Virus record (IMG/VR): IMGVR_UViG_3300044612_000719 | Location: 33,276-97,275 of that record | DNA from: a virus | DNA: 64,000 nt | Direction: 5' to 3' (one strand) | In this document: positions 9,771 to 19,010 of the stretch, in pieces | How positions within the stretch are numbered: position 1 is the stretch's first letter | How the letters are laid out: every line of letters begins with the position of its first letter | Program-made: the position numbers and the translations under genes | Notes under the pieces: model-generated | Told to the model about the DNA's origin: nothing | Databases searched by the model: none | What the model saw: the letters and a program-made list of their open reading frames with translations, nothing else

Positions 9771-10139
9771 CTATTCCGTTGTAATTTCGGCTTCTACCCA
9801 CTCTTGCTCTTCTTCGTCCCATGTGTAGAAACCTTCTGCTGGGCGAGCAATTGGGGCTTCCCATTCAGTGGTTTCTTCATCAAGAGTCCATGATGGGTAA
9901 GGCTTTGGGGCGATGTATGCGTCTAGGGCGGAGTTGTAGGTATACCCAATTCCTGCATAACGGTCACGCATGTTGCCGTTGTAGGAGGTCTGCTTCCATG
10001 TTCCACCGAGCAGATTACGACAGAATTCAGCGCCCACAGCCTCTGACTCGTTGCCCTCTGAGTCTTTGCAATCATCGTTAGATACCACGATTACTCGCAA
10101 TACGATGTTGTCTTCGCCAAGTTCTGCAAAATGTGCCAT
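9771..10139 (-). CDS. Tail-associated small protein, paralog of 866-1210
   Basis: MAHFAEL...WKQTSYN...YAGIGYTY...PYPSWTLDE. Confidence 0.65.
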   Translation of the reverse strand: MAHFAELGEDNIVLRVIVVSNDDCKDSEGNESEAVGAEFCRNLLGGTWKQTSYNGNMRDRYAGIGYTYNSALDAYIAPKPYPSWTLDEETTEWEAPIARPAEGFYTWDEEEQEWVEAEITTE

Positions 10140-10150
10140 TTAAGTTTCTC

Positions 10151-11131
10151 CTAGAAAGTAATACTGCCAGACGCAGTAAAAGTATATATCCGATAACCAC
10201 CTGTTGTTGTTAACGTAGGTGAACCAGTAGTTGCGGATGCTGGGGGAGAAGCATCGGGATAGCGAATAATAACTACACCTGAGCCACCGTTTGCACCATT
10301 TCCCCAACCGTTACCGCCACCTCCACCACCACCTGAACCAGTATTTACTGCTCCTGTTGTTGCGGCAACAGTTTCGGTTACCGTGTTGTTTGTTGCGCCA
10401 GTTCCTCCGCCACCACTACCGCCAGCCGCACCAGCACTGGCATAAGAACCACCACCGCCACCGCCTGCACGAGTTACTGAAGTTCCAGTAATACTGGAAG
10501 CAACTCCACTACCACCTGCTGTTGGAGTGTTGGCACTTGTTCCGTCTACTCCTTGACTCCCTGCACCACCACCACCCGTACCACCATGAGGTGATTGATA
10601 AGTGCCACCAAAGTTACCACCACGGAAACCTTGACCAGTCGCACCAGTTCCTCCGAGATTTCCTGTACCACTACCATTATTTCCAACTCCACCGCCTGAA
10701 CCACCGTTTGCATAAGCGGGTCGTGCAGATTCAAAAGATGCGTAAGCCGCACCACCACCAGTAGAAGTAATAGATGAAAATGAAGAACTTGAACCAGGAG
10801 TTCTGGTTACGGCAGTGCCGCCAGCACCAACTACAACAGTGTAAGTTCCCACAGTGGTATTAAATGTTGCTTCTGCACTAGCACCACCGCCAGATGTAGC
10901 ACCAACCACGTTAGTTCTGTATCCGCCTGCTCCACCACCACCACCAGCAAATCCTGCTGCACCACCACCACCGCCTGCGATAACTAGGTATTCAAGAGTT
11001 GGTGGAATTAAACTAGGCCAGTTATTTGCTCCCTTTTCACGTTGCAGATCGGATGTGGACCAAAAACCAGACGCAGCAGAAGTACTAATAACCTTCTTTG
11101 CCCCAATCAACCCACCATTACCTCTAGCCAT
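10151..11131 (-). CDS. Glycine-rich virion protein
   Basis: NGGLIG...SGFWS...NWP; EYLVIAGGGG; GGSGVVIIRYP. Confidence 0.7.
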   Translation of the reverse strand: MARGNGGLIGAKKVISTSAASGFWSTSDLQREKGANNWPSLIPPTLEYLVIAGGGGGAAGFAGGGGGAGGYRTNVVGATSGGGASAEATFNTTVGTYTVVVGAGGTAVTRTPGSSSSFSSITSTGGGAAYASFESARPAYANGGSGGGVGNNGSGTGNLGGTGATGQGFRGGNFGGTYQSPHGGTGGGGAGSQGVDGTSANTPTAGGSGVASSITGTSVTRAGGGGGGSYASAGAAGGSGGGGTGATNNTVTETVAATTGAVNTGSGGGGGGGNGWGNGANGGSGVVIIRYPDASPPASATTGSPTLTTTGGYRIYTFTASGSITF

Positions 11132-11132
11132 A

Positions 11133-11486
11133 TTATGAAATCTGTTCGTATGAACAAGTGGCTTCTAGTTTAAGAGTTGTGCTACCAAGCGCTCTAATTG
11201 AATCCCCTTCTTCAAGGTAAATTGCTTTAGATAAAACATCTAGGGTTGCGCCTGGGGGTACGGATACTTGGTAAGCAAGACGATAGGCCGTAGACGAACG
11301 AAATAGGTCAATAGTTACGGTGTACGCAGTAGCGCCATCTACGTTAGCAACATATAAAGCGTTGACCTTGTAGACCATTCCACTGGCTGCTGAGTTTGTA
11401 ACAATTGCGGCTGCTGAAGCCGTGAGTGCAAGAACTGCTGTTTTACCAGTAATCGTTGCTACGTTAACAATATTAGGTGCCGCCAT
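11133..11486 (-). CDS. Small beta-rich putative fibre adaptor
   Basis: MAAPNIVNVATITGKT...ANVDG...IYLEEGDSI...SYEQI. Confidence 0.65.
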   Translation of the reverse strand: MAAPNIVNVATITGKTAVLALTASAAAIVTNSAASGMVYKVNALYVANVDGATAYTVTIDLFRSSTAYRLAYQVSVPPGATLDVLSKAIYLEEGDSIRALGSTTLKLEATCSYEQIS

Positions 11487-11487
11487 A

Positions 11488-13407
11488 TTAACCTCCGAAG
11501 ACTATAGCCATGGCAATGGCTTTACCTGTTGAAACTGGGGTGTCCCATTTTAGACCAGTTGCTGTAGATGAATCTACTGTGAGAACTTGTCCAGCCGAGC
11601 CAGCCGTTAGTCCCCCAATTGTGTTATCAGCGGTTCCTACAAGAAGGTCACCTTTAGCGTTAATAGTATTTACAAGAGCGCTAAAAGGTGATGCACCAAC
11701 TTCAATCCAGTTTGTTCCGTAATAAACGTAGGTACCACCCGTGAGGGAGTTAAACCAGATTTGTCCAGAAACAGGGGCGGCTGGGGCAGAATCTTGCACA
11801 CTGGCAGTTACGCCTGATGCACCGATTTCAATCCACTGCGAATCGTAATAAACAAATGTTTGGGCAGTATCGGTGTCAAACCACATACTTCCTTCAAGTG
11901 GTGACGCTGGGGCAGAAGAACTGGACACCATTCGTGCGCCCGTACCAACACCACCGACTTCAATCCAAGATGAGTCATAGTAAACAAAGGTTTTGCCGTT
12001 GGTTGATTGGAACCAAAGTTGACCTGCCAAAGGTGATGCAGGGGCTGTATCAGAAATGGTTGCGCCACCAATAATCGTTTCTGGAACCCATGCTGTGCCA
12101 TTCCACTTCAAGAACTGTCCAGACGATGGTGATGCGGCGCTTACGTCGCCAATATCGTCAAGTGCGTTAATTGTTGGAATTGAATCTGGAACCCAAGCGG
12201 TACCATTCCACTTCAAGAACTGTCCGTTTGATGGGGACGGTACAGAAACATCACCAATATCATCCAATGTGTTGATGGTTGGGATAGTTCCGTTAACCCA
12301 GCGGGTTCCGTCAAACTTTAAGAATTGACCGTTAACTGGGGTAGTAAGAGTGACATCAGAGAGGTCAGTTAAATCCTCTACAAGATCTGGTTCTCCACTT
12401 GCTTGTAGCCAATGGTTATCGTAATAGATGTATGTTTCTAATGTTGCCGAGTTAAACCAAAGGTCGCCCACTTCAGGGGATGCAGGGGCAGTTGCTGAAA
12501 CTTCAAGGCTGGCTCCACCACCTGCTGACGCAGCAGTCCATAGTGAGCCGTTGTATGTAAGAACATCTCCAACATTTGGTGATGGGATGCTTACGTCATG
12601 TAATTCGTCTAGTTCGTATCCGTTTTGTGTAGCAACATAAACAATACCGTTGTTGGTTGCACGGACAACTACACCTATGAATACAAGATGGTCTGGGGCG
12701 GTTGGTTTGGTTTTAGTAAACGCACCGTTTTCTCCAAGCCACAAAATGTCACCAGCGGTATAACCAACAGACAAGTTAATGCCATCAACATAACCACGAG
12801 TAACAACTGGACCATTATTACTTGCTGTAATGTTCGCACCAACAAGACCAATCGTTTTTGACGAGGTGGCATCAGAGTTATTATCTGCTCTTTTTACTGT
12901 GGCATGGTCACCCGTAGCACCAAACAAATAAACAGCGGTGCCTGTAGTAAGCGTTGTCGCTTCAGCGTTACGAACATATGAAACAACAGAAGAATAAGTG
13001 TTTACCCAATTAGTTCCATTATATTCAAGGGTTTGAAACTCTTCTGGGGAAGTAATTACAACATCAGAAAGGTCATCAATAGATCCAACAGTGCTGGCGG
13101 TTCCTGGAACAAACTTGGTTCCGTCAAACTTAAGAACTTGATCGGTTGTTGCACCTGTTGGGTCAATCTCAATGCTGTCTACAAACAGAACAGGTGTTTT
13201 AAAAGTGTCGTCTGTTTGTAGTACATCAGCAGATGCACGATAGAGGTTTACGTCACCAGCAGATGCGCCACCACCCCAAGTAAGACGACCACCCGCTTCA
13301 ACTTTTAAGCGAGAAAATGTATCTTGGTCAACATAGACGGTGACAGCATCAGAACCAGCAGAAGCAAGTTGCTTAACAGTAATAGGTACTGTAAATTTCT
13401 GTGCCAC
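11488..13407 (-). CDS. Long repetitive tail-fibre protein
   Basis: LDDIGDV...GQFLKWNGTAW repeats; AP.SP..G.LWF.S....YVYYD..W repeats; ends GKAIAMAIVFGG. Confidence 0.8.
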   Translation of the reverse strand: MAQKFTVPITVKQLASAGSDAVTVYVDQDTFSRLKVEAGGRLTWGGGASAGDVNLYRASADVLQTDDTFKTPVLFVDSIEIDPTGATTDQVLKFDGTKFVPGTASTVGSIDDLSDVVITSPEEFQTLEYNGTNWVNTYSSVVSYVRNAEATTLTTGTAVYLFGATGDHATVKRADNNSDATSSKTIGLVGANITASNNGPVVTRGYVDGINLSVGYTAGDILWLGENGAFTKTKPTAPDHLVFIGVVVRATNNGIVYVATQNGYELDELHDVSIPSPNVGDVLTYNGSLWTAASAGGGASLEVSATAPASPEVGDLWFNSATLETYIYYDNHWLQASGEPDLVEDLTDLSDVTLTTPVNGQFLKFDGTRWVNGTIPTINTLDDIGDVSVPSPSNGQFLKWNGTAWVPDSIPTINALDDIGDVSAASPSSGQFLKWNGTAWVPETIIGGATISDTAPASPLAGQLWFQSTNGKTFVYYDSSWIEVGGVGTGARMVSSSSAPASPLEGSMWFDTDTAQTFVYYDSQWIEIGASGVTASVQDSAPAAPVSGQIWFNSLTGGTYVYYGTNWIEVGASPFSALVNTINAKGDLLVGTADNTIGGLTAGSAGQVLTVDSSTATGLKWDTPVSTGKAIAMAIVFGG

Positions 13408-13455
13408 GACCTCAATCGCTTCCTATGTTGTGACCCCTCAAGGTCTATTTAATGA

Positions 13456-14757
13456 TTAACCTACGACAACGATGGTGTAATCGTTAGCGGCAATCGTTCC
13501 ATAGAGTACTACGGAAAGAGTGTTTCCGTTTGAACGGGTCACATCACCAATTACCGTTGCACCAGTTGCTACTTCGTAAATCTGTACGTTTACATCAGTT
13601 GTACCAAAGTTGTGGGTAACTGTGGTGGTTGAAACACCTGTGCTACTTGCGGCACATCCTTGCTTTGCAGTACGAGCCAAAGCAGGGGTACTTGTTGTAC
13701 GTCCAGTTGCTTCAGCGGCTGCTGAGGCGAGGTTTGTGCGGGCACCAGACTCCGTGGATGAACCAGTACCACCGTCTGTAACAGCGACATCTGTACCGTT
13801 CCAAACACCCGTGGTAATCGTACCCAAGGTGGTGATGCTTGCTTGACCAACATAAGTGCTTGCAATGTCTACAGCATCTGCACTAACCGAGATACGATCA
13901 GTAGTACCAATAACATTAAGGGTGTTACCAGTCTTGGTGAGACCGTCACCAGCAAAGATAGAACCAGCAACTGAGAACAAAGCCCATGTGAGACCCGTTA
14001 CACCTACGTTGATGGTTCCGTTAGTTGTGAGAACCCAACCGCTGTCTGCGTTAAGTGTTCCTTCTTCTACGAAGGTAAACGCTCCAGGAGTTACTTCTGC
14101 GTTGGAGTCAAAATCAGTTGCACGAACTGCGGCACCTGAAGCCTGAACAACGTAGATACCGTTCTCTGATGCGGTGCTCTGGTCTTTAACAAGAACACGG
14201 TCACCAGCAACAAGTGTTACGTTGGTGTCAAGGGTGTCACCAGCCTCAAGGTCTGATGCAAGGTTGATTGGCGCAGTTGTTGCGGCACGTACCGAAGCCT
14301 TAACGTCAAGACCTGAACGAGCAGCGTCTACGTAAGACTTAGTTGCGGCATGGTCAGGGTCAGTTGGCGTACCAAACTTTGCTTGACCGTTAGCGTCACG
14401 GAGAACAAGTTTGTTTGCAGTTGCTTCAGAAGTGGCGTCTGCCAACTTTGAGAAGTCTGAGGCTGAGAGGAGACCAGCACTTGCTGAGGTAGCAAGGTTT
14501 GGCGTAATGGTAATGGCACCATTAGATTCGTTGATAGTAAGGGCTGTTGACTGGGAACCAGCGGCGGTTACGCCAGTAATCATCTTGCGCCATGCGGCGG
14601 CAGTTAGGTCATAAACTTTAATTACACCTTCAGTGCTATTAAAGATCATACGACCATCAAATAGACCAGTGTTAGGGTCGGTGCCTACTACTTCAAACGA
14701 ACCGTTAAGCAGTTGGTTCTGATTGAGGTCAATATTAGTTAGAAACTTTTGAGCCAT
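13456..14757 (-). CDS. Tail-fibre/baseplate structural protein
   Basis: HAATKSYVD...GLDVKASVRAATT...GDRVLVKDQ...ENGIYVV...GAFTFVEEG. Confidence 0.75.
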   Translation of the reverse strand: MAQKFLTNIDLNQNQLLNGSFEVVGTDPNTGLFDGRMIFNSTEGVIKVYDLTAAAWRKMITGVTAAGSQSTALTINESNGAITITPNLATSASAGLLSASDFSKLADATSEATANKLVLRDANGQAKFGTPTDPDHAATKSYVDAARSGLDVKASVRAATTAPINLASDLEAGDTLDTNVTLVAGDRVLVKDQSTASENGIYVVQASGAAVRATDFDSNAEVTPGAFTFVEEGTLNADSGWVLTTNGTINVGVTGLTWALFSVAGSIFAGDGLTKTGNTLNVIGTTDRISVSADAVDIASTYVGQASITTLGTITTGVWNGTDVAVTDGGTGSSTESGARTNLASAAAEATGRTTSTPALARTAKQGCAASSTGVSTTTVTHNFGTTDVNVQIYEVATGATVIGDVTRSNGNTLSVVLYGTIAANDYTIVVVG

Positions 14758-14766
14758 TAAAATTCC

Positions 14767-15198
14767 TTACGTGAGATAGGCAAAGCCTGAGAACGCTGAT
14801 GTAAAGTTTACTACAACTTGTGTGGTACTTAGATAGGTAACTTCTCCAATAACCACTGTTTTAGCGCTATCTACAATGGATACGGAAGGATAACCACCTA
14901 GAGCATGGGTAATAGACCATGAAGTAGAAGCGGTCCCTTGCGTGTGTACATGGCGAACTGACGCTGGATAAACAAGGTTTAGTACTTGGTTTGGGGCAAT
15001 CCCAGTAATACTGGCACTTGCTTCAGAGGCAACAGTTACTGTGCCAATACTGAGGACGTTTGGAGGACCAGCAACACCTGGATCATGAACTTCAATTGTC
15101 TGATCGGCAGGATCCGTGACAGTAGAAACTACCTTCTTCTGTGTTACCGTAACATACTTGTTCGGTTGCTTGGTTACCTCAACGGTTTTGGTGGTCAT
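14767..15198 (-). CDS. Structural protein (W.ITH.LG.YPSV.IVD family)
   Basis: HTQGTASTSWSITHALGGYPSVSIVD...FSGFAYL; start moved to MTTK, overlapping upstream stop. Confidence 0.65.
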   Translation of the reverse strand: MTTKTVEVTKQPNKYVTVTQKKVVSTVTDPADQTIEVHDPGVAGPPNVLSIGTVTVASEASASITGIAPNQVLNLVYPASVRHVHTQGTASTSWSITHALGGYPSVSIVDSAKTVVIGEVTYLSTTQVVVNFTSAFSGFAYLT

Positions 15199-15911
15199 GC
15201 GGGCGGTGCGGAGATAGCGGCTTCTACAACAACAGTTCCAGATGCCAAACAATCCCAATCACCAGCCGAGTCCTGAACAAACAAATCAAAGTTGTAACTG
15301 CCCGAAGACACTGTGTTTTTGTCTGAAACATGCATTTCTAGTGTGGCACCCGATGCAGGAGCAAGATAACCACGGCGTTCTGCTGGGAGAGCAATGACAG
15401 TTGATTCCGACGGGGTAGACGAGTACCAACGCAAGTCCAGCACGGTAGTGCCTGCGGTGTCTTTTGCCTGCATGTAGGCGTTCTGAACCGTGAGAATGTC
15501 CCCATCGGCATCTTTCCATGTGAAGGTGCGACGGAAGTCCACACGTTGCTTGAAGCGGATTTCCATTGCCTGTGAGTCCTCCAGTGGTGTGATGTTGTCA
15601 AGAGCCGTTACAACGATTGTACCCCGTGCAACAGGGCGCTGAATGTCGTTAATAGTTGCAAGGACATCGTATTCAAGGTCACCTAAAGGAAGGTCTTGGG
15701 TTTCTTCGGCGCTCAATGAGAGCATTATGCCATTTTCCCTTGTCAAGTCAACAGTAATTTCCTTCTTAGCCAGTCCAGTCGTTTGGATAAATGACCGTGC
15801 TTCAGTAGGTTTTACTTGTCTGTGGGTACGGCGATCCTTGACAATGATCAAGCGCTCCCATGGAAGCCCACGAGTAATGGAGTAATTGACGGTGTGGGCG
15901 CTATTGGTCAT
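15195..15911 (-). CDS. Putative baseplate/tail protein with two tandem Ig-like domains; leaderless
   Basis: Two repeats ending YDVL...RGTIVV and YNFDLFV...SGTVVV; TAAACT-N6-ATG upstream. Confidence 0.6.
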   Translation of the reverse strand: MTNSAHTVNYSITRGLPWERLIIVKDRRTHRQVKPTEARSFIQTTGLAKKEITVDLTRENGIMLSLSAEETQDLPLGDLEYDVLATINDIQRPVARGTIVVTALDNITPLEDSQAMEIRFKQRVDFRRTFTWKDADGDILTVQNAYMQAKDTAGTTVLDLRWYSSTPSESTVIALPAERRGYLAPASGATLEMHVSDKNTVSSGSYNFDLFVQDSAGDWDCLASGTVVVEAAISAPPA

Positions 15912-15920
15912 GTTCTAAGT

Positions 15921-16094
15921 TTACTCTACGGAATCGTCACCTTTTAGAAGGGCGCCAACAAGGTGGACGACCAGTGAGGCAACTGTAATCCAGATACCCC
16001 ACTTCAACGTCTGACCGCTCAAGGTAATCAGGACCATGCCCGTACCACCCAGAGTCCACGCCAAGGCATGCAGTTCATCAATAAGTTTCTTCAC
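15921..16094 (-). CDS. 57-aa two-TM membrane protein (not in ORF track)
   Basis: AGGAGA RBS + GTG; LAWTLGGTGMVLITLSG and WGIWITVASLVVHLVGALL. Confidence 0.65.
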   Translation of the reverse strand: MKKLIDELHALAWTLGGTGMVLITLSGQTLKWGIWITVASLVVHLVGALLKGDDSVE

Positions 16095-16115
16095 AAGTCT
16101 CCTAGAGAATTAGAT

Positions 16116-18029
16116 TTAAACTATTGATTGACGTCTAGAGACGACTGGTGCAGGCAATATAAATGATACCGTAGTGGCGGCTACCACGACACGACGAGCA
16201 CCCACGGAAATCGTAGAGTCTGTCGGCACGTACTCGTCAAACCCTCCCTCAAAGACGTTAATTTCTTCTTCAAAGGCTTCTTTTACTTCGGTTGGTGCTT
16301 CCAAAAGTGCTTCAACAATGGCGGCGGCTTCTTCTCCCGAGAGTTCCCCAGTATCAATAGAAGCAAACACTTCAGTTGCTTGGTCTCCAGTAATGCTTTC
16401 CAAAACTGCGGCGCTAGTAGCAAGTTGGGTTGCTTGGTCACTAGTTACGTCAGTAGCCAAGATGGTGTCCACAACCTCTTGTACCTGTTCCTCAGTAATA
16501 TTGTCGGATTCCAAAATGTTCAAAACCTCATCTAGAACTTCTGCGGTTATTTCAGTAAGTGTGTCTAGGTTCTCAACCACAGCGTCCACAATCTCTTGAA
16601 CTTGTTCTTCAGAGATATTGTCTGAGTTCAGAGCGTCCACAACTTCGGACAAAACCTCTGTGGTTAACTCTTCAATGTTGGTCAATTCCTCAACTACAGC
16701 CGCTACTTCTTCTTCAGTCAATGGCTCTAAATTTGGCTCTAAATTTGGCTCTGGCTCAGTTGTGATTGTGGGTTCTTCCACGGTAATCTCTGGGGGTGCT
16801 TCAGTTGTTATGGTCTCTGGCTCAGTGGTCTCTGGTTCTGGTTCAGTTGTTGTGGTTGTTTCTTCGGGAAGCGTCTCCTCTGGCATGGGTTCCTCTACTA
16901 CTGTCGTTGTGGTGCCTGTCGGTACTTCTACGATCGGTTCAGGTTCGGGTTCAGGCTCAGGAGCGGGAGGAACTGTAGATGTTGTGGTGGTGCTTGTTGG
17001 GGTCACCGTTGTCGTGGTACTTGTTTCTGGGACTGTTGTGGAAGTTGAAGAAGTAGATGTTGTCGTCGTCTGAGGTACGGTACTTGTTGTGGTCGTGGAT
17101 TCCGTGGTCGGCGTCTGCGGCACTGTTGTTGTGGATGTTGTCGTCGTCGTTGTGGAAGTGGTGGAAGAAGTAGTCGTAGTTGGAGTTGGTTCAACTACGG
17201 TTGCGTCAACACTTGCATAAGGCCCATATATACATGAACCGTTGCCTTCTCCAACACAAGGTGCGTTACCAGCAGAAACTTTAAACCTAACTAAACCATA
17301 CCCAGAAGTGTTTGGAAATTGGTAGGCACCAATCGTGTATGAAGTGTTTTCTGCACGAGTCCATACACCCCAGCCACCAGATTCAACACCTTCAGTCACG
17401 TCAAACCATGTAATTGTGTAAATGTACGGCTCAAGATTGCCTGCGTCAGGTGCATCCCAATCAAGGGTTACACTTCCGTTCTCGTTTGCAACAGCAGTAA
17501 GGTTTTCCACAGCGTTGTAGTACGGCTCAACTGTTGTCGTTGTGGTTGGTGGAATTGTTGTAGTTGTTGTAGTTGTGGTACTTGTCGTTGTAGATGTTGT
17601 AGTGCTGGAAGTAGTCGTAGTGCTAGATGTTGTAGTGGTAGAAGGTGCATTTGATGGGGCAATGTTTACGTCAATCACATAGGAAGTTCCATACCATCGG
17701 TTTGGGTCACCACAACAAACACCTGTTCGCAAACGGTAAGTACCAGAATTTAGATTTATTGAGATGTATGAATCAAGCCCGTATTGCGAGTCGTCATTTT
17801 CAGCAAGAACTTGGTTGTTGGAGTCATAGAGCCAAAGCATTGAGTCAATGCCATACTGTTGTGCGTAGGTACGAACCGTGAATGTCTGAGCCTGACTAAG
17901 AGTAAAGAAGTAATCTTCAGCGCCAGTAGTTGTAAAAGAATCCGCATTTGCGGTAGAAACGCCTACTGGAGAAATCCAAGCAAAGAGCGCTACAGGGAAG
18001 TAGATCCAAAAACCTTTACGAAGCCTCAT
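16116..18029 (-). CDS. Secreted/membrane-anchored mucin-like protein (signal peptide, PPC-like domain, Fn3-like domain, Thr/Pro/Glu-rich stalk, acidic helical repeats)
   Basis: AAGGAGGGG RBS before ATG 18029; MRLRKGFWIYFPVALFAW...ANA signal; DSMLWLYD...LAENDD; long poly-Thr tracts. Confidence 0.75.
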   Translation of the reverse strand: MRLRKGFWIYFPVALFAWISPVGVSTANADSFTTTGAEDYFFTLSQAQTFTVRTYAQQYGIDSMLWLYDSNNQVLAENDDSQYGLDSYISINLNSGTYRLRTGVCCGDPNRWYGTSYVIDVNIAPSNAPSTTTTSSTTTTSSTTTSTTTSTTTTTTTTIPPTTTTTVEPYYNAVENLTAVANENGSVTLDWDAPDAGNLEPYIYTITWFDVTEGVESGGWGVWTRAENTSYTIGAYQFPNTSGYGLVRFKVSAGNAPCVGEGNGSCIYGPYASVDATVVEPTPTTTTSSTTSTTTTTTSTTTVPQTPTTESTTTTSTVPQTTTTSTSSTSTTVPETSTTTTVTPTSTTTTSTVPPAPEPEPEPEPIVEVPTGTTTTVVEEPMPEETLPEETTTTTEPEPETTEPETITTEAPPEITVEEPTITTEPEPNLEPNLEPLTEEEVAAVVEELTNIEELTTEVLSEVVDALNSDNISEEQVQEIVDAVVENLDTLTEITAEVLDEVLNILESDNITEEQVQEVVDTILATDVTSDQATQLATSAAVLESITGDQATEVFASIDTGELSGEEAAAIVEALLEAPTEVKEAFEEEINVFEGGFDEYVPTDSTISVGARRVVVAATTVSFILPAPVVSRRQSIV

Positions 18030-18041
18030 GCCCCTCCTTAG

Positions 18042-18087
18042 ACACGAAAGACGGGCCGCCCGCAGGCAACCCGCCTTCGTTGAGTCT
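18042..18087 (-). promoter_or_regulatory. Long 5'-UTR hairpin between a TACAAT -10 and the RBS of the mucin-like gene
   Basis: Minus strand ACGAAGGCGGGTTGCC-TGCG-GGCGGCCCGTCTTTCGT with G-U pairs on the coding strand. Confidence 0.55.
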
Positions 18088-18145
18088 CGGTAATACATTG
18101 TACTACATTTTTAACAATGTACTCGTAGAATAGAATAGAAAACAC

Positions 18146-18289
18146 TTAATATACCCCTTCACAGCAGGCGTCTCTGGACCCGCACTCAGGGCAACGGTAG
18201 TGGGCATGTTCTGGGCGCATACGAGCGCCACACCGAACACACTGCTCGCTACAGTCGGTTACTTGAGGACTTGGAGTTTGACTTCCCAT
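18146..18289 (-). CDS. 47-aa zinc-finger protein (not in ORF track)
   Basis: QCVRCGARMRPEHAHYRCPECGSRDACCEG. Confidence 0.65.
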   Translation of the reverse strand: MGSQTPSPQVTDCSEQCVRCGARMRPEHAHYRCPECGSRDACCEGVY

Positions 18290-18417
18290 GCACCTACCCC
18301 TACAGACCGAATGTTTAATAAAACAGACGACTTGTAGCCATGTGCCTTTGCAAGACGCATTGCTTGATCAATGGCATCCTGCATTCCAGGCGTATGAATC
18401 GGATAGGTCACAATCAC
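18259..18417 (-). CDS. 52-aa hypothetical protein, leaderless (not in ORF track)
   Basis: TAAACT-N6-GTG; open frame VIVTYPIHTPGMQDAIDQAMRLAKAHGY... Confidence 0.5.
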   Translation of the reverse strand: MIVTYPIHTPGMQDAIDQAMRLAKAHGYKSSVLLNIRSVGVGAWEVKLQVLK

Positions 18418-18434
18418 ATGTATAGTTTACATCA
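18418..18434. promoter_or_regulatory. Bidirectional overlapping -10 elements driving two leaderless genes
   Basis: Plus TAGTTT 18423-18428 + 6 nt + ATG 18435; minus TAAACT 18424-18429 + 6 nt + GTG 18417. Confidence 0.55.
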
Positions 18435-19010
18435 ATGAAACTCCTTAACGCAGGGTGCGGAACCCATTACGCAGACGGTTGGGTAAACACTGACGTTTGG
18501 CAGAACCATGAAACACGACCTGATGTACTTCTTAAACCAAATGAGCCTTACCCATTTGAGGACAACACATTTGACGCTGTATTAATGAGTCACGTGTTGG
18601 AACACATTGCATGGGCAGAAGTGCCTGCGTTCCTTAAAGACATGTCACGTGTGGCTAAACCAGGCGCTCCAATGTTAATTGTGTGTCCTGACGCTTACAA
18701 ATCCATCAAGATGTGGCATGAAGGAAGATTACCGTGGTGGCTAGTTGAGGCGGTGTTGGAGCACCAACATATGAAGCCAGAAGATATCGGTGATAACCCA
18801 TGGTGGGATAACGCACCACATCATTGGAATGCTCATGAGAAGCGTGTAGAAACTTTACTTAGAGATCTTAAATTTGTAGATATAGAAAACATCATCAACG
18901 AAATGCCTAAAGGTGATTCATGGGTGGATAAGTACATACCTGAGTTGACTTGGCATACTATCGGTGTTGACGAATGGCAATTGGCTTTTAGGTTTAAAAA
19001 CATTATTTAA
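18435..19010 (+). CDS. SAM-dependent methyltransferase-like protein (type 11)
   Basis: LLNAGCG...GWVNTD...PFEDNTFDAVLMSHVLEH...RVAKPG. Confidence 0.8.
   Translation: MKLLNAGCGTHYADGWVNTDVWQNHETRPDVLLKPNEPYPFEDNTFDAVLMSHVLEHIAWAEVPAFLKDMSRVAKPGAPMLIVCPDAYKSIKMWHEGRLPWWLVEAVLEHQHMKPEDIGDNPWWDNAPHHWNAHEKRVETLLRDLKFVDIENIINEMPKGDSWVDKYIPELTWHTIGVDEWQLAFRFKNII

Noticed and set aside
1347-17881. Pro-rich, His-rich and Val-rich alternative-frame ORFs
   Set aside because: Shadows of Gly-rich and Thr-rich codon repeats in the real minus-strand genes
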